A stretch of 60,015 nt of DNA, filler included, from Basidioascus undulatus (Eukaryota): the NCBI GenBank assembly GCA_000826855.1. It is 9 parts of 9 records of this genome, joined end to end, with 100 filler letters (N's around TTAATTAATTAA, not from the genome) between each part and the next. Parts side by side here need not be neighbours in the genome. Positions count along the whole stretch, not along the records: positions 13,407 to 20,007 come from JTLS01001713.1; positions 20,108 to 26,690 come from JTLS01001714.1; 7 more parts are not named here. The stretch is one strand, 5' to 3'. Below are positions 13,407-24,670 of this stretch, one piece after another; the stretch's first letter is position 1, and each line of letters begins with the position of its first letter. The notes beneath the pieces were generated by a model, which was not told the DNA's origin, ran no database searches, and saw nothing but the letters and a program-made list of their open reading frames with translations. Position numbers and translations under genes: made by a program.

Positions 13407-13740
13407 CAACGGCGGGAGCAGCAGCCGCGGCAGCCAGCGCAGCCGAAGCGGGAGCGACCGGCGCTCCGCCTCCGCCGCCGCGTCTGTCTCTGACCCGAAC
13501 AATCCGAGCAACCCGTGGGTCGACACGCCGGTGCCGGGAGACGCTCGGGCTCGGTCGACCTCTTTCGACGACGCATCGGGCGTCATCGCCGTGCGGGATG
13601 ATCATATGTTCAGCGACGAGGAGGAATACGATTCGGAGGAGGACGAGGCGCGCGAGCGGGAGGGGGGCGAGGACGGAGAAGACGATGGTCGTGTCTACTT
13701 CCACCATCGGCGTACTCCTCCGGGGGGGTTCCCGTTATGA
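13407..13740 (+). CDS. 3' end of a hypothetical protein with an acidic tail
   Basis: Frame open from the contig start: ...DPNNPSNPWVDTPVPGDARARSTSFDDASGVIAV...FSDEEEYDSEEDE...YFHHRRTPPGGFPL*. High GC3. Confidence 0.6.
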
Positions 13741-14089
13741 CCTAGTGATGCTATACATTCTCGGGTACTTCTGAATTCAGTCTGTGAGCGGCTCAGTGTT
13801 TCCGATCTGTATTCGTGTTCGTCCGATTGCGATCTGCACTGGGCACTGCCCTTCGACGGCGACAGTATTTTGTTCGAGGGTTTACAGGTAGCCCGACTGG
13901 TCTGCTATCAACGCTACGAATATGGAGGTATGACTTGTTAGTGTTAGTCGAACACAACGTGTAGTGATTGTGTCTCCCCTTGATCGCACTTTGCCGATTT
14001 TTACAGCAGTGCATCGCCCTGAAGCGAGACAAGGAGCATCGTCCCTGTGCCGCTGCCAACGTCTTCCCACACTCCAGCACACTCCATCT

Positions 14090-15812
14090 CAATCTTCCTC
14101 AAATGGCTTTGTCCGTCTTTCCATCGAAACAATTGCTCGCATTGCCTCACTGCTTGCGGATCCTCACGACATTCTTGTGCTCGCCTTGACGTGCAAGGCG
14201 TTTCGCGAGCCTGCTCTCGATATGCTCCACGCATCAGTGAGAGTCGATATGTGCAAATGGGTTCAATTGCCCCGCCCTTTCCCTGGCCAATCCTTGAAGA
14301 CCCCGGTAGTGGCCTCCAACTACGCGTCCACGCCGCAATAATCCTACTTTCGCGGACCGACTCGCCAGCCTCACGACGCACGGCCTGTGCCACAAGATAC
14401 AGTCTGTGCCCTCTTCTCGCTGCATTCGTGCGTATACGACTCAATATCATTAACTTACAGGACTTGCTATGTGGATGGCGGCGGTGTGAACGGCTATACC
14501 ACACCGAAGTTTATTGTGCGTTTTAATCACTGGCGTGGTCGTGTACGTGTGCTGACGATAATATTGGGACACAGAAAATGGATACAGTTCTTCGCGGCCG
14601 TCACCAACATCAAAACTGTCGTATTCATCAACGAACGTCCGGCATGACCAGCTTTTCGAGCATCTCGGGAATCTTCCACTGCTGTGTCACCTCGAGCTTC
14701 GGCAGTGCTTCGGAACTCCGACGGATTTCATCTTTCGTCGATCGCGCTTTCGCCCCATGCTGCGGACTCTTCGCTATTCCGAGCCTGATGTATCCGACCT
14801 CGAAATTGACGGTGTCCTCCCGCTGATCAGTTTCATATTGCAACGTCCAAGGATACGTTACATACTCTCGAGCTATCCATCGATGATTCCTACGTACCTA
14901 TCTTGCTCGAAGGCGCTACTCTCCCTGCACTTCAGTCTCTCGATTTGCCGATGTTCGAGTAACAAGGCAAAACACCGGAGTGGCTGAGTCAAATCCAGTC
15001 CGCTTTCCTCGGCTGCAGAGCTCTCCATTCCAATGGCAAACTTCGATACGCCTTTCACTGTTCGTGACCGCTTCAAGCCGGCTCCTACGGGCGTCTCGTC
15101 TTTTACATCCGAGCAGGATCACGCCACCCAGGTCTTTATCATCGGTCCTCTTCTGCATCGCTTGACGCGCCCGCGGTTCGGGTCTTTGACCGCCGCCAAG
15201 GACGACTTCTTCTCGCTCGTTTTTTCTTCGCTCGTTCGTCTGGAGTTCTCAGCGCCTTTCATCGACGCAGAGCTGTGCGGTCTCGTTGCACGTTCTGCTC
15301 CGGCTCTCAACCGCTTAGGTCCGGCTCCACCTCTTCTGACTGGCTTGTTGATCATGTAGGCCTGACCTTCCTCTCTTTACATCCCTCTGTTTTTCATAAG
15401 CTCACGACTTCCTTTCGCTTCCGTAGGAAGCTCTCTTTGCCGCCCTCGCACGGCTCCGCTTGCTCGACTATCTCCATTTGACCGATACCGGTCTCGGCGC
15501 ACCAGGCCATCCCGAGCTCGCAAGTCGACCGAGGGCACGAATCACGCTATAGCCTGTGCATTCATCGTGCGGGCGCTCGTCGACATTTTCCCCGAGCTGC
15601 GCACCGTGGAATGGGAGCAGGGCTCAACGTGGGACCTCTACAGCGAGAGCTCGGACGATTCGGATTCCGAAGATGGGGCTAGAACGGAGCGCGAAGGATG
15701 GGGCCAGTTGCACCGCCGGAGCTTTACTTGGCGTATCTTGAAGAGAAGTTGGGGCGATGCGAGGACGAGCGTTGAGGTCGTGAAGACTCTGGTGACTGAG
15801 GTGGACGCCTGA
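14090..15812 (+). pseudogene. Degenerate F-box-like / LRR-like gene
   Basis: FVRLSIETIARIASLLADPHDILVLALTCKAFREPALDMLH is F-box-like. Downstream coding-like fragments fall in several frames and end ...IFPELRTVEW...EVDA*. Confidence 0.45.
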
Positions 15813-17744
15813 GCTCGTTCGTGATTCTAGTGAACGTCGAATAATGTAGAATACTTGCTTGCGTTACGAACGCTATGAGACTGGATCGCAAATTCCACAG
15901 ATCTTATACAACGAGGCACAAGAACGTACCGCTGTATCGGCACGGGCCCAGCAGCACGGCTCTCTAAAGCACGGGCTCCCCCGGAGTATGTGCATCAGTC
16001 TCCCATTGTCTGCTGGACAATTCGGTTGCGCATTGCGGCTCGGGGAGTTGCCATTTAGAGCACTGGCACTGGCCTGGCAAAAGGGATTACATTTGCACAG
16101 CACGACGTCGGCATCAAGGTAAAGCTGATCAGAGTCGGCTAAACCACATATTCGTCCAGGGATACCCTTCTCGTACTGCACAATACAGAGGTAGTCATGA
16201 GGCTTTGGGCTTCAACGATCCGCACAGCAGAACATTTACCCCTTAACGGAGCCGAGATACGGTGCTGCTGAGATTGCCACGGTGTGAAGCGCTATCGAGA
16301 GCATACAGATGGAGGTAATTCCGAATCTTTCCATACATAAAAACAGTGTGAGAGTTAATTACACATGTTATATGTCCAACGTCAAGGATAGCAAAGAAAG
16401 TAGAGCGCGACCCGTCAGGCGGTAGCACCGAAAAGACGCCTTCCGCCCGCGATACACCAGCCTAGAGTCCCACACACGCTCGACGAAGCCCAGCATACCA
16501 AGCAAGATTGGAGATCTACAGAAACACCAGAAGCGTGCTGGAGACCTCGCGCCACCCCCCTCGCCGGCACAGCCAGCTCCCACACCACCGCAAGCCACAG
16601 ATGGAAGAAACCAGGCGTGTCGTCGCCCGGCTTGGCTTCGTCGCAATACATAACCAGCGCCGCCAGCAGCGCCAGTACTCCGAGAGCGGTCGTGAAGACA
16701 ACCAGGGCCGGGAAGAGGACGGTCAGGAGAATGGTGGAAGGTGCTGGGTGCGTCGCGGAGGGGCTACCGTGTGAGTCCTGCCAGAGGAACGGGGGAAGCG
16801 GTAGGTGGTGGGGAAGAGAGAGTTGCAGCGATCAGACGGTGGGGTATTTATGCTTCTTCGCGTTGGGCGACGCGGACTATCCTGAGGAGACTCGCGTGCA
16901 TACAACGTTGCGTCTCAGACGAAGCGTTGCGTTTCAGACTGGGTCCCCCCTGTGCGGCTCTTTCTGCTTCTTCCATGTCTGTCAGATTTCCGGCTTCTGT
17001 AAATTACACGAGCACAATTGAGACTTCAGCAACAACGGGGTTCATCACAATGGCTTTTCACATCCCGCCAGTTGCATGTTAGTCGTCAGACCTTGGGGAT
17101 GGCAAGGCAGGTGACAGCGAGAACTCTCTGCTCAGCCCGTTGGCGGAGTCGGTATGACTTTTCAGCATGACCATTTGACCTCTTGGTTCCGTCCTCAGAG
17201 ACAATGGAAGGCATAGAGCGCCACCGAGCACCCAATCGTTTCGAGTACACCACGTTTTTCGACAGGCAAACAGGGATGATTGTTGCAGCTTTCGTCGAAT
17301 GAGAGGAATTGCATTTTCTACTTTGGCACCTTTAAACATAATTAAGAAGCGCATGTAATACACACCCAACGTGACAAACACCGAACGTGACTATCAGCTC
17401 GGGCCGGGGGAAGGGGGGGGCTTTGAAAGCGCTGCATCAACGAAAGGAGTCGAACGTCGCACAGCTCCTTCGCCCGTGCCTCAACAGAATTTCACCATGG
17501 ACTAATATCAGTTGTTACCCACGCAGTGTTGGATTCTTTTCGCTGTGCACACTGCGATGAGTTCAAATGAGCCAGAAGCGATTTCGGGACCCGGAAAGGT
17601 CGGGCCGCAATCGCGATAGCGCCGCCAGCTCGCTGACGGCACCTTGCCCTCCACTTCTCCATTCCCCCTTGTCCCCTTGTCCCATACCCTCATCCATCCT
17701 CTCTCCCCAGCATCCATCCCATCCCAATCCGAAATTCAATCGGA

Positions 17745-18521
17745 ATGTCGTTCATCCCTTCTTCCCTCGTCCCGACGCTCGAGCGGATCGCGTCGATCCT
17801 GCGGGCGCACAACAAGCGCCTCGCCGTGTTCGAGACGACCACGGGCGGGCTCGTGAGCGCGTACTTGCTCGCGCAGCCTGGGGCGTCTAAGTTCTTTGCG
17901 AGTGGGGCTGTACTGTACATCTATTCTGGACACGAGATGGTGGGAGACGCACAGGGGAGCTTATGGGACGTTACAGGTATAACCTCGATGCGAGGCGGGC
18001 GTGGGCGGGGTGGACGGACGAGACGGTGCAGGCGTACCGGTTCATCCTCTTCTTCCTTCCCATATCTTCCCTTGGCTCGCTAGAAGGTTGACTGGTGGAA
18101 TGAATGGGCGATGCAACCAGAGGCCCGAACGAGGAGCTCATTCTCTGGACTGCCGAGAACGTCCGCAAAGCGCTCAACGCGGATTTTGGCTTTGGCGAGT
18201 CGGGCATCGCAGGCCCCAAGTCGTTGGTACCCGACAAGCCAGTGTACGCTTTCCCCATTTCCCTCTTTATTCCACATCTCCACCCTGTCTCCTTTCCTTT
18301 CTCCAGTACCCCTGGTATCCTAGCTGATGCCCCCGGCATGCTATAACAGCGGGACGACCTTCCTCGCGCTTAGCGGGGCCGTCGAGCGCACCAAGGAAGC
18401 TCGAACAGGTCTCATGGAGCGCGCGGAGAACATGGAGGCGTTTGCGGCGGAGGCAGTGCGGTTCATCTTGGGGAGCTTGGAAGAGTGGGAGGGGGGGCAG
18501 AAGAAAGGGGCGGGGCTGTGA
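17745..18521 (+). CDS. CinA C-terminal / PncC (NMN deamidase)-like protein; 4 exons
   Basis: Introns at about 17915-17976, 18040-18120 and 18244-18349. Product has LAVFETTTGGLVSAYLLAQPGASKFFASGAVLYNLDAR...ADFGFGESGIAGP...VGTTFLALSG...ERAENMEAFA, matching CinA motifs. Confidence 0.85.
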
Positions 18522-19190
18522 AGGGCACAGCGAGAGAAAGCTATCAATGAAAGAATCAGTGGGGCTTGGACGACGTGGGAGACCCGTAATGCGCTGTTGG
18601 AGTAATACTGCCATGGGCACAACACTGGTCTACCTGTCAACCTGGGCACCGCTTGCACCCGTTTTCTAGCTCTGTGTTAACCCTCAGGCAATATTCATTA
18701 CTTCCACAAGCAGCGACGCGGATCCGATGCTCCTAACGAGCTATGCCCTTTGAGACGACAGCGAAGCTCCTCGCAGCCTCGTAGGGTGGGTGCCAAAGGG
18801 AGCATGATTGTCAGGATGGTTGGCGAGCCGCAGGTCGGCGTCATCATCAACGGGGAGGCAGAATTTCCCGTCGTGGGCGAATATTGGCCGACCTGCCAAA
18901 CGAAGCGGCGAGTTCCTCCCGCTCTTCCGCTGGATTAAGATATGCTGTGTGTGACTGTGAACGAACAGAAGCACACGAAAGCGCAGGCACTCCGTTTCAA
19001 CTCAACGGGTGCTTTTGCATCATTCGAAGGTAATTGTCGCAACCGCAAGCCTCCAGTCCAGGGACAGCAACGCACAGAACCCAAAAACGTCATGAGAGAT
19101 ACACGGAATAACAAGTACAGACGACACCGCCCGAATACCGAAAGACGAAAGTAAGAATCCCTCCTTCCCCTCTCTCCCTCCCCAAAACAT

Positions 19191-19790
19191 CTAAGTAAAG
19201 CTCCCAACCACCTCGACCCCCAACTCCCCCCTCGGGTCCCGTCCACCCGGACCCCTGCTCCTCTCCCTGCTCTTGCTCTTGCCCTTCCGTCCAGGCTTCC
19301 CACCCGCCGGCGTGCGCCCGCGCGCGCCCGACTCTTCCTCCCCCTCTTCGACGATCTCCAGCCCGTCCTCGGTGTACTGCTTCTGCCTCAGCGCGAGGTG
19401 GGTGGAAGAGGAGGCGGTGGCGGCGTCGACGAAGGCTTGGACGGGCGCAGGCGCGGCAGCGGGCGTCGGGGCGCGGATGATGGGCGTGGGCCCGGAGAGG
19501 TCCATCCCGATTAGGCGGCCGTAGGCGACGACATCTACGTGAATGAACGTGCATGTGAGCGAACGAAGCAGTGGTTGGGGGAACGACGGAGGGCAGCGAG
19601 GGAGGAGAGAAGGGGATGGGAGGCCACGGAGAGAGGACGTACCGACGGGCGTGCGGTTCAGCAGCGCGCGCGTGATGCGCGCAGGGTCGTTGCGCTCCTC
19701 GCGGTTCCACTTGTTCTTGATCATGCGGCGCGTGCGCCCGGGGAAGAGCTTGGCGATCATCTCGAAGTCGGTGCCGAACTGTCCGAGGGC
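19191..19790 (-). CDS. BDP1: TFIIIB B'' subunit (Bdp1): SANT/Myb domain and C-terminus; 5' lost
   Basis: ALGQFGTDFEMIAKLFPGRTRRMIKNKWNREERNDPARITRALLNRTPV is the Bdp1 SANT signature. One intron at about 19535-19641. Confidence 0.88.
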   Translation of the reverse strand, partial: ALGQFGTDFEMIAKLFPGRTRRMIKNKWNREERNDPARITRALLNRTPVGTSSLRGLPSPSLLPRCPPSFPQPLLRSLTCTFIHVDVVAYGRLIGMDLSGPTPIIRAPTPAAAPAPVQAFVDAATASSSTHLALRQKQYTEDGLEIVEEGEEESGARGRTPAGGKPGRKGKSKSRERSRGPGGRDPRGELGVEVVGSFT

Positions 19791-19862
19791 CTACGGTTAC
19801 CCCACCCCGCGGTTCAGTCGCACGTCACACTCCAGTTTCATGCAAGAAGAGAGAAGGAAATG

Positions 19863-19960
19863 AGGGGAAAGAGAAAAGGAGGGGAAAGAGAAAAGGAGGG
19901 GAAAGAGAAAAGGAGGGGAAAGAGAAAAGGAGGGGAAAGAGAAAAGGGGGGTAAAGAAAG
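19863..19960 (+). repeat. About 5 tandem copies of a 17-bp purine unit (GAGGGGAAAGAGAAAAG) in a BDP1 intron
   Basis: Visible directly; forms a polypyrimidine tract on the coding strand. Confidence 0.8.
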
Positions 19961-20007
19961 AGGGAAAGGTGGGGCGGGAAGAAGAAGGAAGAGGCGGAGC
20001 AGGGGGA

Positions 20008-20107
20008 NNNNNNNNNNNNNNNNNNNNNNNNNNNNNNNNNNNNNNNNNNNNTTAATTAATTAANNNNNNNNNNNNNNNNNNNNNNNNNNNNNNNNNNNNN
20101 NNNNNNN
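20008..20107. other. Artificial contig linker
   Basis: N44-TTAATTAATTAA-N44. Confidence 0.98.
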
Positions 20108-20122
20108 GACGCTCTTCCGATC
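20108..20122 (+). other. Illumina TruSeq adapter remnant
   Basis: Contig starts GACGCTCTTCCGATC, the 3' end of ACACGACGCTCTTCCGATCT. Confidence 0.8.
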
Positions 20123-20817
20123 GGGGGGCGGGGCGAGGGGACGCGGGGCGGGAGGAGGGCGGGGGGTAGGTGCGGCCGTTGGCAGCATCCGAGGCTTCTG
20201 TCAAATAGCCTTCGTCTGACTCTGCGTCGCTAGCTGTTGAATGATCGAGGCACGGGGGGTTAGTCGGTGAGCGCAAGGAACGCCAGGCGAGACGTCGCGG
20301 GGAGAGAGGGACACACGGAGGGCAGCGAGCTCGCGGTACCACAGCCGCCAGGACAGGTTCTCCAGTCTGCGCCCGTTCTCGAGCGACTCTTTGCACTTTG
20401 TAAATACTGCGGCGGACGATGCACATGTCAGTGTCTAAAGATCCCTAGACAAGGAGTGGGGCAGACGGCGCGAGGGGATCGCCGCACGGAACGGCAGTGG
20501 CCGGACCGGTCGTACGGTGGTGGCGGGCCTGGGACGAAGGCCCTCCTCGCGCTTGTCCGGCGTCCCATTGCCATCCCACGGCGTTCCCATCAAAGATAAC
20601 GCAGAGATGCGCAGGAATGCGCTGGGATGGTTGAGAGGAGCGAAGGCAAAGGTTCCACCAAATTTGCCCCTCGCAAAGCCAAACCCAACTGTGTCCTGCG
20701 CTCAGGACCAGCAGACTCACCGTTCCATAGGCATCCGAGCGCGTCTGTGCCCTCTGCGCGCTGGATGGCCTCGAGCGTGATGGAAAGCACGGGGTCGGGA
20801 AACGCCGCGGCGTGCAT
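20123..20817 (-). CDS. DUF1752 (AreA N-terminal-like) domain protein; 3' truncated
   Basis: MHAAAFPDPVLSITLEAIQRAEGTDALGCLWN, intron 20407-20720, then VFTKCKESLENGRRLENLSWRLWYRE. RLENLSWR is the DUF1752 hallmark. Confidence 0.85.
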
Positions 20818-21700
20818 CGTGTCCCTCGGGGGTGGGTCTCGGGTGTGCTTCTCTCTCTCCGACTCTCTCAAATGGACTCTCCGGTGGGGGCGAGGGAAAT
20901 AAAGAGTGGATTGCGGGGGGAGGCGGAGGGGTTGAGGGTGAGTGCGCGGGGTGTGAGTGAGCATCGTGGGTGAGGGTGGGTGGATGTGCGAAGGTTGAGA
21001 GGGTGTGAGTGGGGGCGTGCAAGTGAGTGCGAGAGGGGGTGAGTGTATGCGACTCGGGGAGTGCGAATACGAAGCGAGAAGGGCATAGGGAGAGAAGGAG
21101 GAAGAGCCCGTCAGACCCGCCTTTTATCCCTCTCTAGCTCCCCAAATCCTTATCTGTGCGTTCCTTAGACACAGCACAAGCCCCCACTGCACCGAGGTAT
21201 GCGATAGCGAGCAGTCGCACGGAAGTGACTGTACGTATCCATAATCGTGCTCTACCTGCGGGACGATTTTCTGGTAGTTAGGCTTCAAAGGTCATCTACG
21301 CACCTCGATTCGGCGGCGTCCGGTATCGCCCAGCATCGTTCGAGACGGGAGAGGCTCACCCTTGGCTCTGGTTCGCTCCGCTCTCGACTGCTCATTTCAA
21401 CGGCGCTCTCGGTCGTGGTAAGCACATACCACAGATCTTCTCGATCAAGCTGTTGTTTTTGAAACCAGAGCCAGCAGGCAACAGCCAGGCCTGGGGGGTG
21501 ATGGTGTCCTTGTCGCAGGGTGCACCCTCCCTACTCTTTGCGGGTGAGCTTACGGTCGCTGAAATGCCCCAGATGGCTCATGTTATCCGCCTCACCCAGT
21601 CTCTTCGGGCGGTGGGCAAACGAGGCTTCTATAACACTACCATTCGGTTCGATTGATTGAACAACCTGCTAGCCGCTAGGGAAACGAGTGTCTGTTGAAT

Positions 21701-21736
21701 ACGCTCGCTGCTCACGCTCGCTGTACACGCTCGCTG
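21701..21736 (+). repeat. 3 x ACGCTCGCTG at a 13-bp period
   Basis: Copies start at 21701, 21714 and 21727. Confidence 0.8.
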
Positions 21737-22621
21737 CATGCGCTGCGTCGCCGACCTTTTTTGGTTGAGGTATCAACCACGAGACTCTGAGGGCGGTCTC
21801 TATTAATCAGGGATGAATATCAAATCACAACATGCGACGATTAACATCGAGGACCCGATCTTGCTAGTAACTGCAAATCCTCAAGCCGACTCGGCTCGAG
21901 CATAGCCTTCTCTGGTTGACTTGACTGGGATACTCGGTCCTTGGAATTTCCACCCCCTCGAGCATCTGGCACCGCGAAACGATCGAACTACAGGCGGAAC
22001 CGTGTCTTTCACCAAAGGCTGCATCCTCACTGTACAGCGTTGCAATCTGCGCTGCAAGCCGCAGTTTCTGGTATGTGGACAGTCTAGGATATGCAAATTC
22101 ATACAAAATTGGGTGACCCAGTGTTATTACGACCAATATTCTCGGCGTTCGCCGGTATCCCTTGAGCACGCACTGCACGCATCCACAATCTGAGGCTGCC
22201 TCTCTCCTGCCAGTTCACAAGTCATATTTCACAGCTTGGCAAGTTCTCACGGTATTGACAGGGGGTGAAAATGTAACAGTAGGGCTTGAAATCCATATCA
22301 AGCCCCCCGTCCTCTGCTCTCTCCCATCCCCATCCCTTACCGCCAAATCACGAGCTGCAACTAGCTATAGCTCGCCTCGTATTACCGTTGCACTCGGAAA
22401 CGACGGCGAAACTTGGGACAGAACACCTTGCAATTGTGAGTCTCTCATAGTTAACTGTGTTTAACAGCTTTCCAATGTGCTCCTTTTCAACCGCGAAAGC
22501 GCAATCTCGAGTCCCCGGGTCGTGGGCATCCCATGTCCGCACGCCGACGGACTGCGAGTTCGCCTTGCTGTGCGTTGAGCGGTCCACTTGTAAGTCCCGA
22601 CAGTCACGGCGCACAGCCATC

Positions 22622-24412
22622 ATGGGCAGCGTCAATATCACCATCGACGATTCAAACCCTCTAATGGTCTACGAAGGCCAATGGCAGGACGGCTTCCTGA
22701 TGCCCAACAACCTCAACCTGTACGAAGGATTTCGGATCCGCCACCGGCACTGTCCACGTCGCGAACGCAGTCGGCGCCCCTGTAACGGGACTTGTACTTG
22801 TACCATTCCAGCGACGGAACGACAGTGTTGACCCAGAGCCGTCTAGCGATCTGGATCTACGGCGCAAAACACCATTACCACGCACGCTCCCTCGCCTTAC
22901 TTCGTCCTCAGCGCTGCAGCGGAAACTGACCACTAAGCACGCGCTTTCGCAGGGCTCCACCGTGGTACAGGTAGACGTGTTTGACACAAGGTACCTTTCG
23001 GGCCTACGATACCAGCAACACCTGGAAGCGACTCCTCTACGAAGGGACCGGCTTCGTCCAGGGCCCCCACACGCTTCGGGTGCAGGGCGTCGCAGCCCCC
23101 GGCTTCGGCGAGACGTACAACATCGACTGGGTTATATGGGAGACGGAGATGGGAGACGCAAGGTCAGTACCATGTCGGGGACTCTTTGGTTTCCCAAGGC
23201 AGGCTGAACCGAATGCAAACGGCCGCAGTGTCCAACCGCTATCTCGGGAGTACGACGCCAACGAGACTGCGCTGGTGTGGGGGCCTGCGGAGGACATATG
23301 GAAGGCCAACTCAGGTGTTAACGGTCATTCAAAGTGAGCTCTTTTGACCTTTGATGCGAAACGCTCTAGTCAACCGTGTCTGCATCGTGACAGGATCGCT
23401 GACGCGTACGATACGGAAGGTAGCAGAGCCCCGTGATACAGCGGACGACACGCCTTTCAGCTCTCACTCTATTTGTCACGTCACCAGGGGAGGCTATACT
23501 AATTTATAGAGGTACGAGGCCTTTCCTCATTCAAGCCCGGGGCTTATGGCGCGACACAGGAGTGCACTCCGACCATGCGCCGTACACCGTCTCCGTCGAC
23601 GACGATACCCACTCTTTCGCGGCGCCCGCTCCTCTCCATACGTCCCAAACTCCCTGCGCTTCTTGAAAAGCGTCCTGGGAGACGGCACGCACCACCTCGA
23701 GTATACCAGTGCGCGGAGCGACGCGAATCTGACGCAGACACTCGTCGAGTTCCAGCGCGTCGTAGTTTAGGCGACACCCTCGTCTAGGCAAGCTTCCTAA
23801 TTTATCCACCAAAAGGTGCCAGCTATTTGAACTCCCAGTTTAACTTACAGCTCGACCTCCCGCACGCGCACGCCCGTCGATGCCATCATTGGCGGCGTGC
23901 TGGGCGGGCTCGCAGTCCTGGCAGTTCTCGCAGCATTTCTCGTCTGGCTTCCGCGCACTCGTCAGCCTAAGCGGCGGTTCGAGTTTGCTCTTATGGAGGA
24001 GTACGAGGACCAGTCGTCCCAGGACGATGGGCGCTGGAACGAGATGCTCGCTGTGCACGACACGTCGGCTGCCGCTCCTTCGACGAACGTCGGTGCCGCG
24101 CAGCTGCAGGGCCGAACAGCTCGTAAGTAAAAAACCGCACTTGTAGGACATGTGCACCCCAAGCATGCCTTGACGGGCTGGACTGTAGCGCTAGGGCCGA
24201 AGCAATGGCTTACACGCGAGCCAGCTCCCCACAGCGACTGCGACTGGCTCAGCGACACCATGCGCACCCGGGCACGTTACGGGCTTCTGTGCCGAAAGCA
24301 ATCCGCCGCAGCTAACTTCTTTAGTGCTCTCTCGCACAGCTCAATTCTACGCGAGCGAGATGCAGGTCCGGTCGAGATGCTTCCTCCCGACTATGGAGGT
24401 ACGTCGGTCTGA
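22622..24412 (+). CDS. Single-pass membrane protein with a beta-sandwich-like ectodomain; multi-exon, possibly disrupted
   Basis: MGSVNITIDDSNPLMVYEGQW..., LLYEGTGFVQGPHTLRVQG...IDWVIWE, HSDHAPYTVSVD, LGDGTHHLEY, TM segment AIIGGVLGGLAVLAVLAAFLVWL, tail RERDAGPVEMLPPDY. This architecture is common in basidiomycetes. Confidence 0.65.
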
Positions 24413-24670
24413 TTAATTGGGCAGTGGCTTTTAGGCCGCTGATCATGGTATCTATCAGACGCGACTCGCGGCCGGCAGGGTTAGTACAGTAGATGGGATT
24501 GTTGCTGGTACCTATGAGCAGGCTTGCAGAGAGTCGTCCGCACTTCTGCTCGACCATGTGTCTATTCTTTCTCGCGGGCGGCAACAATGCGTGTATGAAG
24601 CTAAGCGTGTCAATCCGAGCACCGCGATCCAGCAGCCGTCCGCTCTATGAAAGGCCTACCACCTTCGCCT

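Noticed and set aside
16415..16770. Hydrophobic minus-strand frame ILLTVLFPALVVFTTALGVLALLAALVMY
   Set aside because: No ATG or splice acceptor was identified ahead of the hydrophobic segment and no family was recognised.
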